DNA from: Naegleria gruberi
Taxonomy: Eukaryota
Reading direction: 5' to 3' (one strand)
Assembly: GCA_000004985.1 (NCBI GenBank)
Contig: GG738892.1
DNA: 64,000 bases
The notes beneath the pieces were generated by a model. The model saw nothing but the letters and a program-made list of their open reading frames with translations, was not told where the DNA came from and searched no databases. A program made the translations under genes and the position numbers. Shown here piece after piece: positions 32,520 to 42,648 of this stretch (within the stretch, counting starts at the first letter, position 1; each line of letters opens with the position of its first letter).

Positions 32520-32683
32520 TTGGTAATCTTTTTAGTCATCTATTTATCTACTAGTATTTATTGTCATCATCATGTTGGAAATTTCATTCCTGAGATGATG
32601 ATTGAATTTTTGTATTTATTTTGGAAAAATTGTAAATTTAATGATGAAATTGTAAATAAAATTGGAATTGTTTGGAATTGGAA

Positions 32684-35600
32684 TCAAGTTACTTCTTGGA
32701 CGAGTTGTTGGGCAGTTAGGCGAGCTTGAGGAAGGAATTTGAGAAGACGAGTCATGATATTGAGGAGTTTGTTTAACAATGCTTGATTGTGGGTATTGCT
32801 GTAGTGATCTGTGATTGCTTTGGTCATTTCTTGGAAGCTGAATAGGTAATAATTCGAATAATTTATCAGACCATTAATTAGAAATATTGAAAATGAAACA
32901 TACCATTGTTCTTCAGAGTGAATGAGTTTGGAACAAATTGAAGTAGAAGTATCCAAAGTTAATAATTGATACAATGTCACTCCAAGTGAATACATGTCAG
33001 TGGCAAATCCATAAGGTTGATTCAATAGTAATTCTGGTGAAATGTAGCAAAGAGAACCAGCATAGGTATTTTTGGTAGTGTGTGCATTCTCTTTGGCAAT
33101 ACCAAAATCTCCCAAAACAACCTCAATCAAATTCGAGTCAATATCCCTTCTTCTGATAAAGATGTTTTGAGGTTTAATGTCTCGGTGCATGACTTGTTGG
33201 GAATGCACATAGTTAAGAGCTTGGGTGGTTTGAGAAATGATTTTCCAAATAATTGGCAGTGGAATAGTTGTGGCTGATTTGATGGATTCACTAATGATGG
33301 ACATGACATCTCCCTTATACAGTTCCATGACAATGCAAAACATGGAAGAATGCTCGGTATCGACTTGGAAAGTGTCATAAATCTTTACCACATTCTGGTG
33401 ATCCAATTGCTTGACAAGATTGGCTTCATTTTCAGCATCTTGTGTTGGTTTCTGAATTGAATTTTTACCTGTAGCGATGGTTTTGATTGCCACATTTGGT
33501 TCCTCTGGTGTATTCAACACTTGGCATTCAAAAATGATACCAAATCCTCCCTCTCCAATAATTCGAATAATTTTGTATCGATCATCAAGAGTCATTCCCA
33601 AATATTGTTCATATCTTCCATTGCCTGCTCTTTGTGGAAGAATTGAATCGACAGTATTCTTGACTCTCTTCAATTTAATCAGGTTGAGTTCATCATCCAA
33701 TAATTGTAAATCCTTCATGTCCACAACATCCACAAATTCCTCAAAATCGGGATCATAGTATTGCAATTCGTAACTACCTCGAATTCCACATCTGAGCTTG
33801 GTTTTTTTCACAAAATCTTGAACACTCTCAGAATAATTGACAACCATTTTGAATCTCTTACGATACAGATTCAACATGTTATCTATATATTCCACTTCAA
33901 ACTTGTAACAGAGATAGGTTTCGGATTTGTTAAGGAGCTTTCGTGCCCAAATAATCATGTCTGAATTTTCAGTTGTTTCTGCAACAGAGGCCAAATCCAT
34001 TCCATTCTTTTTAACATCCACATCAGCTCCCTTCTCAACTAGGATGAAAGCCAATTCTTGTTGATTCGTCTCTACAGCAAAAGTGAGAGGAGTTCCATTA
34101 TTGATCAATTGGCTGAGACCTGTTTTTCCATTACTGTTCGATTTGGCAGGAGCTTGCTCAGCTTCATTTCCATGATTCAATCGAGCATTTAATAACTTTG
34201 GAAACATTTCAATGAGTGTTACAACGCTTTTGGTTGATCTCTTTCTGAGTGCATATAGAATAAGTGAAGGATTCGAATAGTGAGATTCTTGATATCTAAT
34301 ATCACTAATGGTTCTTCTGGTGGCAAGCTCTGGTTCTTTTTGAACAAGGTATTTCAAAGCACTTGTCATGCCATAATCAATTGCTATAAAGCAAGCCTTT
34401 GATAGAACCTCCACATTGAAATTCTTGTCATCCGTAATCATTGCATTGATGAATAGTTCAACACCTGGATACTTAGAGTTGACAATACAATAATCAATTG
34501 GTCTCAGTCCTCTAAAGCTCTCAAAGCAAAGCTCCTTATTTTTCCTAGCAATGATTTCGACTACAGGCCAATACTTGTTATCGATCGCGTAGAGGAGTAG
34601 ATTCATGTCAACTGGTAATTTCTCATTACTTTTTTGAATATTGTCAATCCGTGTCAAGTGGCAATAATCTATCATTTCTTGATTCTTTGTTCTGAGACTT
34701 TCAGCAGCAATGTCTTTGCCTTTTCTGAGGGCATTGACATTAGCTCCTTTGGAAATTAATTCTTTAAGCTCTTCAAATTGGTTGAGTTGAATGGCTACAA
34801 ACATAGCCTCGTCCAATGACATTCCACCACTCTTATCATAGACAGTAAGGTAATATCTATAATAATTTCCACATTTAACAAGATATTTGATGATTTGATT
34901 TTCATATTCCACAAGCTTTGACTTGTCAACCTTGTTGGTCTTGTTTAAAAGATCATTGACCTTTCCAGTAAATTTGTTCAATCCATCCGTTGATGTTTTT
35001 TCTTTCTGGAATATCTTTTCCACCTCTAGTAAATTTTCCTTATATCTTAGAATAGTATCATTGATATTCTTCCACAATCTGCAATATTCAAACATTTTGC
35101 TACAATAAGTTTCATTGATATTGTAAAAGTATGAAAGAACCATACAAATATTAACATTAGGATATTTCAACGAAACAGTTTTGAGCATATTTCTTGTAAC
35201 AGCTATTGGATGACTTCCAAGATCTGGAATGTTCGAAACATTTGGAAGAGTCTCCTTCGAAAGGCAAATTAACACAATATGAGAAGCACAAATCTTTTTC
35301 AGGATATCTCTTTCCAACTTGTAGGTAGAAAGCTTTGAAACCTCATAGTGAAGTGCTCCAATTAATTTGTAATAGCTGTAGAAATACTTGATGAGAGCAA
35401 ATTGCTTTTCTTCTTGATATAAATAGGTCAATTGATTGATGAGAGCATTCGTATTGTCGAATATTGAACTCATTGCTTCAAATCCAATACCTTTGAGCCG
35501 ATATTTCAAATCAGCAAGTTGATACATATTTTGGGAATTATGCAAACAATCTCTCAATGTTAAAATATTCTGTCTATGCTTGTGAATTAAACACTTGACT

Positions 35601-38600
35601 TTCATGTGAACAAGAGCAGGGAAGCCAACAAATGAGGGTGAAATTGAGTAAATCTCCTTTTGCCAAGTGATTGAATGGGATTGAACAAAAAATTGTTTCG
35701 AAACCAAACTCAGAATGAATAAACTTGTTGGTGTGGTAAAGAGACAAATTCTGCCAATGACCTTATCAGGAAGCCACTTATTAAAAGTTGGGAATCTCCG
35801 TTTGATACTTTCTGAAAGTGCCATATACACATTTCCCATACTCAACAAGTGTTTCAATGGTAAATTGTGCATTATAAATGTAGAATAGAGTGGAACTGCT
35901 TTTTCAATAATTCCAAGAACTATATTATCCGTTTGTTGACCAGGATCTTCTTCGTCATCCTCCTCACGAAACAGCTTCAATTTTTGCTCCAGCTCAACTC
36001 GTAATGACATCTTATTGGACTTTGGTTTTGAGAGTGGAATTGGTGATTTGGATTTTGGAGTACTAGCTTTCGAAAACAAAGTAGGGGGAGGTGGTGGAGG
36101 GATTGCCTTTTCTAGTGGAGTAGGTTTGATAAAGAGTTTGACATCTATTGGTTGGTTAATATTTGGAGGTGGAAGAGGTATTTCCACTTGTTTTGTTGTG
36201 GTGTTCTCTTCCTTCTTTATGGTAGAGGTAGCAGTGGAAATTAGCTTAAATGAACTGTCTGTGTTAGTCTTTTCGATAAAGATACTCGTTGTCAGGAACA
36301 AGTAGTACAATTCATTTCTATCGATGAGTTCATTATCCATCGTCTTGTTTCTGTATTGAATGAGGTAGGGCTGATTGGCCGAGTAGACCTCCATCTTGCC
36401 AGCAATAATTCTCTTTGCTGTTGGTTCCTTGCTCTTAACTGGTCTAATCAGTAGTGGATTGAATATTGGAACTGGAGGAATAATACCACGTTTGTAAACA
36501 ATTACCTTATTATCGAATGGATTGTCTAATTTTTCAACAGATCGTAATGGCAAATTCTTGACATGTTCTGGCAATTCTTTTGGAATCAATTCCAGCAAAT
36601 ATTTGACTTCCTCCTGACGATGCTTTGTAAGCATTGACTCTTTCATAACTGTTATAATAGTATAGAGGAAGGTACTGAATTGATTATCCTTGAATCCAAA
36701 TCTCTTCTTGATATCCATGAAGAATGTTCCATGATAACGTTCCATAATTGAATCAATCCAAGAAGATGCTCTGTTCCAATCAAATTGTTTAGACAAGTTT
36801 AAAACTGTCTTTTTAAGAATTTCGAATAATCTGTTATGATTCTTGGAGAAAACATAGGCCAAATAATCAACATATCTCACATTGTGAAAGTATAAACCAG
36901 AACCAGCCTCTGACTTTTTGATGAACATTTTCAATTCCATCAAGTCATTAGTAATGGAGGTGGAATTTTTCAATACATAGGTCCCAGTAACCTTTGCATC
37001 AATGCCATGATTGAAAATGATCATGGTTTGGTCAATAATTGCCATTAGAGTTTTCATTGGCAACATGAATGGCTCGAAGAGTGAGGGAACAACCTCGAAA
37101 AGTCTGTCAAATTTTGGATCAGAAACAATTTTTGATTCATAGTCATGAGTTTCGTCCAATATTTGTTTCAGATATTTTGCAGATGATGATTTTAACAGGG
37201 TGTCTGCAATTTTAAATTCCAAAGGTTCTAAATCTGTACCTCTAATATCGTGACTAATAATTTCAAGAGATTTTTCCGAGAGCATATCAATAAATTTCAA
37301 AACCTTGACGCTTTTGATCGCATCCAAATCTGGATATCTCAAAAATTCAAAATCTGTACTATTCTGTTGTAAAAATTCTTTCAAATTCACATCCTTGACA
37401 AAGTTCTGCTTGTTTAAAACCTTGCTCAACCTCATGTAGAGATGATTCTTTTCATAGACGCTGGTAATATTCTCGTGAAGTCGTTCGACATAGTTCAGGA
37501 ATGTTTCCAACTCATTACTCTCATCCTCAATTAGTTTTTTAAATGTTTTCCCTCTGTGTGAATGCAGTACTGATGGAAACATGTCACTGGAGAGAAAGGT
37601 CACATTATGAACAAAGGTCTGAACGTACGGATCATTGGTGAGGAAATTTCTCAAATAATCAGGTGAAATATATTTGGAGTTTAAATAGTGATTATTATTT
37701 GTCTCTCTTTTGTTATTTCCATTAGAAAAATTAGAGCTACCCGAAGGAGGAGTATTAGTTGGTGAAGGTGGAGGAGTAGATTTGGGAGATTCTTCTAAGT
37801 TATCAAAGACTGAGGCAAACGAACCTGCTAATGATAAATTTCCAGATGAATTTTCCCTCTTCATTTCCGTTTCAGATGAGAAGAAATCATGAGCATGAAT
37901 CCACAATTGAAATAATTCCTTTTGATTATTTTCCAATAAATGATTCAACACTTGTAATATTTGATAACTGAAAAAGTAAGATTCTTGTCCAGAGTTTGGA
38001 AAGGATTTGTCATTATATTCATAAATATCCAATCCTGTTGTATCCTTTTGTTTTTTCAAATAGAATTTGAATCCTTGTAAATTTCTCTGAATAAAGTTTA
38101 GAATAAACTCATGGAAATAATTACTTACAATGATGGTCTTTTTAATTTCCATAGTTGGATATCGAATTAATTTCTTTTGGAGAATTGAATTTGGAGAAGC
38201 CATATTCGAATCAAAATTAGGTGTCTGATCCGAAGTGAAAGGATTTACCTTGATAATCTTATTTGAAAAGTTCTCCACCTGTTGTCTATTTGGTTTACTA
38301 TTTTGACTTGCAGATAAATATTTAAATCTTCCATTAGTTTCTGATTGACTAGAATTGGGCACTGTTTGTTTCTGTTGAAAATGTTGAGATTGAACATTCT
38401 TCGCCTGATAAACTGTGGAACGAATAAAATCAGCCAATTTACTCTTTCCACTCGACTCTTTACTCCAACCAAAATCTTTAGGTTTCGCACTAAATGAACT
38501 AATCTCACAAATTAATGGAATTTGTAAGACATTAGAAGATTGAGACATGTTTTCCAAAAAGATTCCCTTCCTCACAGTGGGCTGATCCCTCATTAGTGAA

Positions 38601-38956
38601 ATTAAATCAGTCAATATAATTCCTCCAAACAAGTAGGCATCCTCAGTATTGAAATATTGTGAACGTTCGGGAATGACTTGAATTTGTATGGAAATCACAT
38701 CACGGGATGGATTTTCTATATCGAGTGTGGTAGAAATAGAGGTTGTATTGGTTTTTAATTGATCGGCAGAAAAACTTTGTTTATGTTGTAGGTGTCGTGA
38801 GGTGTAGATGGAAATTTCCACTTGAGTGGGAGAATAGAGTTGAGTATTGATGGTGTTGAGAAGGTTGGAATCAAATTCCTTGATGCTCGTAGAGATGTTG
38901 ATGAACCCGAGCTGTAGTTCCAGGCTTGTATTTGCTGCCTGTGTTTGTGTGAGCAT
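32684..38956 (-). CDS. giant (~2090 aa) multidomain protein: large uncharacterised N-terminal/central region, ankyrin repeats, C-terminal Ser/Thr protein kinase domain; join(38956..32904, 32837..32684), 66-nt in-frame intron 32838..32903 (GTATGT..TTCAG)
   Basis: Kinase subdomains present: GEGGFGIIFEC, AIKTI, HRDIKPQNIFI, DFGIAK, GSLCYISPE. Ankyrin-like repeats sit upstream (..GANVNALRKGKD.., ..TPLTFAVETNQQELAFILVEKGADVDV..). Pro-rich linkers (PPPPPTLF, PPPSPTNTPP). The intron is AT-rich and stop-free so the ORF track reads through it; removing it restores subdomain XI (..SEEQ-C-FQEMTKAI..). Confidence 0.8.
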   Translation of the reverse strand: MLTQTQAANTSLELQLGFINISTSIKEFDSNLLNTINTQLYSPTQVEISIYTSRHLQHKQSFSADQLKTNTTSISTTLDIENPSRDVISIQIQVIPERSQYFNTEDAYLFGGIILTDLISLMRDQPTVRKGIFLENMSQSSNVLQIPLICEISSFSAKPKDFGWSKESSGKSKLADFIRSTVYQAKNVQSQHFQQKQTVPNSSQSETNGRFKYLSASQNSKPNRQQVENFSNKIIKVNPFTSDQTPNFDSNMASPNSILQKKLIRYPTMEIKKTIIVSNYFHEFILNFIQRNLQGFKFYLKKQKDTTGLDIYEYNDKSFPNSGQESYFFSYQILQVLNHLLENNQKELFQLWIHAHDFFSSETEMKRENSSGNLSLAGSFASVFDNLEESPKSTPPPSPTNTPPSGSSNFSNGNNKRETNNNHYLNSKYISPDYLRNFLTNDPYVQTFVHNVTFLSSDMFPSVLHSHRGKTFKKLIEDESNELETFLNYVERLHENITSVYEKNHLYMRLSKVLNKQNFVKDVNLKEFLQQNSTDFEFLRYPDLDAIKSVKVLKFIDMLSEKSLEIISHDIRGTDLEPLEFKIADTLLKSSSAKYLKQILDETHDYESKIVSDPKFDRLFEVVPSLFEPFMLPMKTLMAIIDQTMIIFNHGIDAKVTGTYVLKNSTSITNDLMELKMFIKKSEAGSGLYFHNVRYVDYLAYVFSKNHNRLFEILKKTVLNLSKQFDWNRASSWIDSIMERYHGTFFMDIKKRFGFKDNQFSTFLYTIITVMKESMLTKHRQEEVKYLLELIPKELPEHVKNLPLRSVEKLDNPFDNKVIVYKRGIIPPVPIFNPLLIRPVKSKEPTAKRIIAGKMEVYSANQPYLIQYRNKTMDNELIDRNELYYLFLTTSIFIEKTNTDSSFKLISTATSTIKKEENTTTKQVEIPLPPPNINQPIDVKLFIKPTPLEKAIPPPPPPTLFSKASTPKSKSPIPLSKPKSNKMSLRVELEQKLKLFREEDDEEDPGQQTDNIVLGIIEKAVPLYSTFIMHNLPLKHLLSMGNVYMALSESIKRRFPTFNKWLPDKVIGRICLFTTPTSLFILSLVSKQFFVQSHSITWQKEIYSISPSFVGFPALVHMKVKCLIHKHRQNILTLRDCLHNSQNMYQLADLKYRLKGIGFEAMSSIFDNTNALINQLTYLYQEEKQFALIKYFYSYYKLIGALHYEVSKLSTYKLERDILKKICASHIVLICLSKETLPNVSNIPDLGSHPIAVTRNMLKTVSLKYPNVNICMVLSYFYNINETYCSKMFEYCRLWKNINDTILRYKENLLEVEKIFQKEKTSTDGLNKFTGKVNDLLNKTNKVDKSKLVEYENQIIKYLVKCGNYYRYYLTVYDKSGGMSLDEAMFVAIQLNQFEELKELISKGANVNALRKGKDIAAESLRTKNQEMIDYCHLTRIDNIQKSNEKLPVDMNLLLYAIDNKYWPVVEIIARKNKELCFESFRGLRPIDYCIVNSKYPGVELFINAMITDDKNFNVEVLSKACFIAIDYGMTSALKYLVQKEPELATRRTISDIRYQESHYSNPSLILYALRKRSTKSVVTLIEMFPKLLNARLNHGNEAEQAPAKSNSNGKTGLSQLINNGTPLTFAVETNQQELAFILVEKGADVDVKKNGMDLASVAETTENSDMIIWARKLLNKSETYLCYKFEVEYIDNMLNLYRKRFKMVVNYSESVQDFVKKTKLRCGIRGSYELQYYDPDFEEFVDVVDMKDLQLLDDELNLIKLKRVKNTVDSILPQRAGNGRYEQYLGMTLDDRYKIIRIIGEGGFGIIFECQVLNTPEEPNVAIKTIATGKNSIQKPTQDAENEANLVKQLDHQNVVKIYDTFQVDTEHSSMFCIVMELYKGDVMSIISESIKSATTIPLPIIWKIISQTTQALNYVHSQQVMHRDIKPQNIFIRRRDIDSNLIEVVLGDFGIAKENAHTTKNTYAGSLCYISPELLLNQPYGFATDMYSLGVTLYQLLTLDTSTSICSKLIHSEEQWYVSFSIFLINGLINYSNYYLFSFQEMTKAITDHYSNTHNQALLNKLLNIMTRLLKFLPQARLTAQQLVQEVT

Positions 38957-39097
38957 TTTTATTTGATGTTATTAAACGACAGTTGACTCGTAAAATGGTT
39001 AAGTGATTAATGAGCTGATTTGGGTAATTAACATGTCTATCACAACAAATAGCAGACTTTGTAAAGGATCCAAACATTTTGAAATCATGTAGTTTCA

Positions 39098-40045
39098 TTA
39101 ATTTTCAATAATTAAAACACCAATAACATGACTTCCTCCTTTTTCTTGTTCATTAGAAAATGGTTCAAAAGTAACCTTAACTTGAGACATTACTTGTGAA
39201 TAATCTCCAACACCTTCCAATTGCAAAGTATCATCTCTATTCAATATGTGAATAGAACTCTTATCATCATGATTGGATGATTTTGGAATGTTAACTTTGA
39301 CCAAGGCATCCAAATCATCGGGTACATATAAAAACAAGTGCCACTTCCTTTGATTGTTACTAGTATCTATTTGTTGTTCTTCTTCATCTTGTTCTGTTGT
39401 AGTTGATGAAGTTGTTGTTACTGGTAATAAATCCAATAATTGCAACAAATTAATTTCTTCTGATGAATCAAAGTCATGCACAGAACGACAAACGACCTTC
39501 TCACACTTGGTTCTTTCATCCTTCGTCATGACATTATAGTCAATAATTAAATGTTCCTGGTCTCCTTCATCGATTGTTGAAGGAATTAATTCACACTCTG
39601 TTTTGGCAGAACCAGAAAAGTAATAGGGAACCATCAGTGGAAGATAATCCCTTTGTATTAATTCCTTCCTTGATGAATCTTGTTCTTCATGTTGTTGAAT
39701 AATGTACATTTGTGTTGGATGTGTAGTCTTTTGTTGTGGATGTTGCGATAGATTACATTGAGTATAAATTAAAACACGAGAATAGCCTACAAAGGATGAG
39801 AAGGGGACCTTTTGAGAGTTTGTTGTTGTTTGTTGCTCTTCAAGAGGTTGTTGTTGATGAAATTGTGTTTTCATCTGAGCACTCGATAAACGGAATGTAA
39901 AATCATCATTAACAGATGTACACGTTGATGGAGAAATGATAAATTGTCTGGTAGTTCCTTGACCATTCTTCCATGGCATGGTTTGATAGTCAGAACTTGC
40001 GAGCTTGGAAGAAGATAAAATAGAATAGTGGATTGGGGGAGACAT
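39098..40045 (-). CDS. hypothetical Gln/Thr-rich protein
   Basis: 315-aa ORF with ATG start; low-complexity acidic and Thr-rich segments; no recognisable domain. Confidence 0.35.
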   Translation of the reverse strand: MSPPIHYSILSSSKLASSDYQTMPWKNGQGTTRQFIISPSTCTSVNDDFTFRLSSAQMKTQFHQQQPLEEQQTTTNSQKVPFSSFVGYSRVLIYTQCNLSQHPQQKTTHPTQMYIIQQHEEQDSSRKELIQRDYLPLMVPYYFSGSAKTECELIPSTIDEGDQEHLIIDYNVMTKDERTKCEKVVCRSVHDFDSSEEINLLQLLDLLPVTTTSSTTTEQDEEEQQIDTSNNQRKWHLFLYVPDDLDALVKVNIPKSSNHDDKSSIHILNRDDTLQLEGVGDYSQVMSQVKVTFEPFSNEQEKGGSHVIGVLIIEN

Positions 40046-40153
40046 GTTTTTTATTGTTTTTTTTAATTTTTAATTTAATAAATTTTAAATATTGGCTTTA
40101 CAGAATAACAAATCATCACTTCCAGTGCCAACAAGAATTATGTTTTCAATAAA

Positions 40154-40702
40154 ATGGATAAACTGCACCTCGAACGGCCAGATGAAAAGTTCGACTACCG
40201 AAACGAAAAGTGTGTCTGTTGTTTTTGTGGTCATAAGAAAAAGAATTGGAGCCGATTCTATCTTTTATCACCGAAAGGAATAGAGGTTGCAAGTAGATTA
40301 CTTGGAAAGGATATTCAGCCGGGTTATTGTTGTTGCAAAATGTTCACTCGAGTAAAGAGATACTATGGGAAGGAATGTTTATCAAGAAAGGAAGAGTTAC
40401 AAAAGAGAGAATCGAGAAGCAATGATACAGGAAATATTTCAGTGGTTCCCTTCTCAACATTGGCAAGTGACACAAATCAAACAATTTCATTGGTTGCCCA
40501 TGATGATCTGCCAGTTAAAAGTGTTCTAGTGGTAAAAAAGAAACATACAGAATCAAAGATGATTTCAAAAAAACACAAAATGAAATTAATGGACAGCAAA
40601 TGTTTACCCTTAAAATCACAACTTCTCACCACAACTGAAAAAGGAGCAATTGAATTATTGGCTATTAAGGAAACGCAAAATTACGAGTATAGAAATAATT
40701 AA
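40154..40702 (+). CDS. hypothetical basic protein with Cys cluster (CVCCFCGHKKKNW..GYCCCKMF)
   Basis: 182-aa ORF with ATG start; possibly a zinc-binding module; weak support. Confidence 0.25.
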   Translation: MDKLHLERPDEKFDYRNEKCVCCFCGHKKKNWSRFYLLSPKGIEVASRLLGKDIQPGYCCCKMFTRVKRYYGKECLSRKEELQKRESRSNDTGNISVVPFSTLASDTNQTISLVAHDDLPVKSVLVVKKKHTESKMISKKHKMKLMDSKCLPLKSQLLTTTEKGAIELLAIKETQNYEYRNN

Positions 40703-40728
40703 TTTTGTAAATAGATATATATAGATTA

Positions 40729-42555
40729 TTAAACAAAAATTTGTTGAAGGGCAGGTAATTTTCTAAGCATATTTCTAACTTGGTTACCATAGGGGTTTGG
40801 CCAGTATGCACAGAGCCATGTTAAATTTTTCAAAGCAAGTATGGATTTTGCTCCTTCATCAGTCATTCCAATGCCATTAATGTGGAGTTTTGTGAGACGA
40901 GTTAGTCGACTAATAGCCTTAACTCCTTCATCTCCAATTTCATAATCGCTGTAAATGCGCAGTTCAGTTAATTGGCTCATCTGACCAATATATTTAGCTC
41001 CTACAGTTCGAATATTATTAGCGCCAATCGAAAGAGCAGTTAAATTGGGTAATTGACTGATAAATCGAGCCCCTTCTGAACAAATATTATTATAGTCAAT
41101 CTTGAGAATTAGTAAATGTTTCATCTCGCTTATCTTTTCGGCACCTGTTGTTCCAATTTCGTTGTTTTCAATATCAAGTTCAGTTAAATGCTTTAACTCT
41201 GTAATTGATTGAATTCCAGTTTTGTTTATGGAATTTCGTGGGACAATTAATGATGTCAAATGTGTCATTTCACAGATTGATTTGAATTCATTTTGAGTAA
41301 AATTTTTCGAAATGTCAAGTTTTTTCAAATGTTTCATTCTTTCAAGTAAATTGGGATCCAAATAATAATTATAGTGTAGGTACAGTGATTTCAATTGATC
41401 TAATTTGGTGATGGAAACCAATCCATTCGTGGTAATTTTGTTATATCCTAAATTAAGGTATGTTAAATTTGTAATTTCACTACTTTCTACCATTACATTC
41501 TCAATTTGATTATATTGCATATCCAGAAAGGTTAATTGTTTCATTTTGATAATATACTCCGCACCAACATCACCAATTCTATTTCCATTAATGCAAAGTG
41601 CAGTTAATTTTTCAAGTCTACTAATATATAAGGCACCTTTAGCATGAATATGATTATTTCCAATGGAAAGGCATGTCAATTGTTTCATTTCAGCAACATT
41701 TTGTGCTCCTTTAGATCCGAGATTATTTCTATTAATATTGAGCGATTTTAAATATTGTAATTTTTCACTAATCGGCTTGCAAGAGGTAATACCACAACCA
41801 CTAACATTGAGATATATCAAATGATTTAAATTTTCTGCAATTTCCTCAATTCCCAAATCTCCAATTCTATTCTTTTTAATATTAAGATGTGTTAAATTTT
41901 TCATTTTACAAATTGATTCTACACTTTCAATTCTATTATTTCTAATATTCAACAATGTTAAACCTTTCAAATCACTCAACAATTCCAACCCTTCATCTTT
42001 TATATGATTATCCCCTAAATTTAATAATTCCAAATTTTTAAATTGAGATAGTATTTTAACTTGTTCATTTCCAATATCACTTGAAGCAATGTCCAATCTT
42101 TTCAAATGTTTCATTTTACAAATTGTATTCTCTACACTTTCGAATAAAGTTTCATTACCATGATCAACATGTCTTGATTGTTTGAAAAATTGCATAAATC
42201 GTAATCCAACAAGTTTTAAATTGAAAATACCCTCCATATGATGATGTTTCCAACTCGAATAAATCCAAACTCTATTAAAATAACCTTTTCTCATGACCAG
42301 GGAAAGTTTCGCCTTCTTGTTTGTAATCACCCGATCCCACTGTTGCGAAATTAATGTACAAACTGTTTTTACAAATTGATAATCAAGATATTGAACAATT
42401 TCTGAACAAATATCATCCGAAAACAATTCATCTAAACTTTGATAATATTAAAATGATTTTTATAAATTTTGCATGTAAATAGAGATATGTAAATATTACT
42501 TACCACTCGATAATCTAAATTTCAATGATTCCGATAATGATACTTGTTCTGGCAT
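40729..42555 (-). CDS. F-box-like / RNI-type leucine-rich-repeat protein; join(42555..42504, 42431..40729), 72-nt intron 42432..42503 (GTAAGT..TTTAG)
   Basis: About 17 tandem ~24-28-aa LRRs of ribonuclease-inhibitor type (L..L.I..N.IG..GA..I..). Short 5' exon (MPEQVSLSESLKFRLSS) splices in phase 1 to ..DELFSDDICSEIVQYLDYQFVKTVCTLISQQWDRVI (F-box-like), the same N-terminal motif as the paralogue at 49310. Confidence 0.75.
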
Positions 42556-42648
42556 TTTTTTTGTGAATTTTGTAAAGATTGTAAAGAGAGAACAAACTTG
42601 ATCAAGTTCAATATTGCATTCAATATTGATAGGTTTATATTCACTGGT

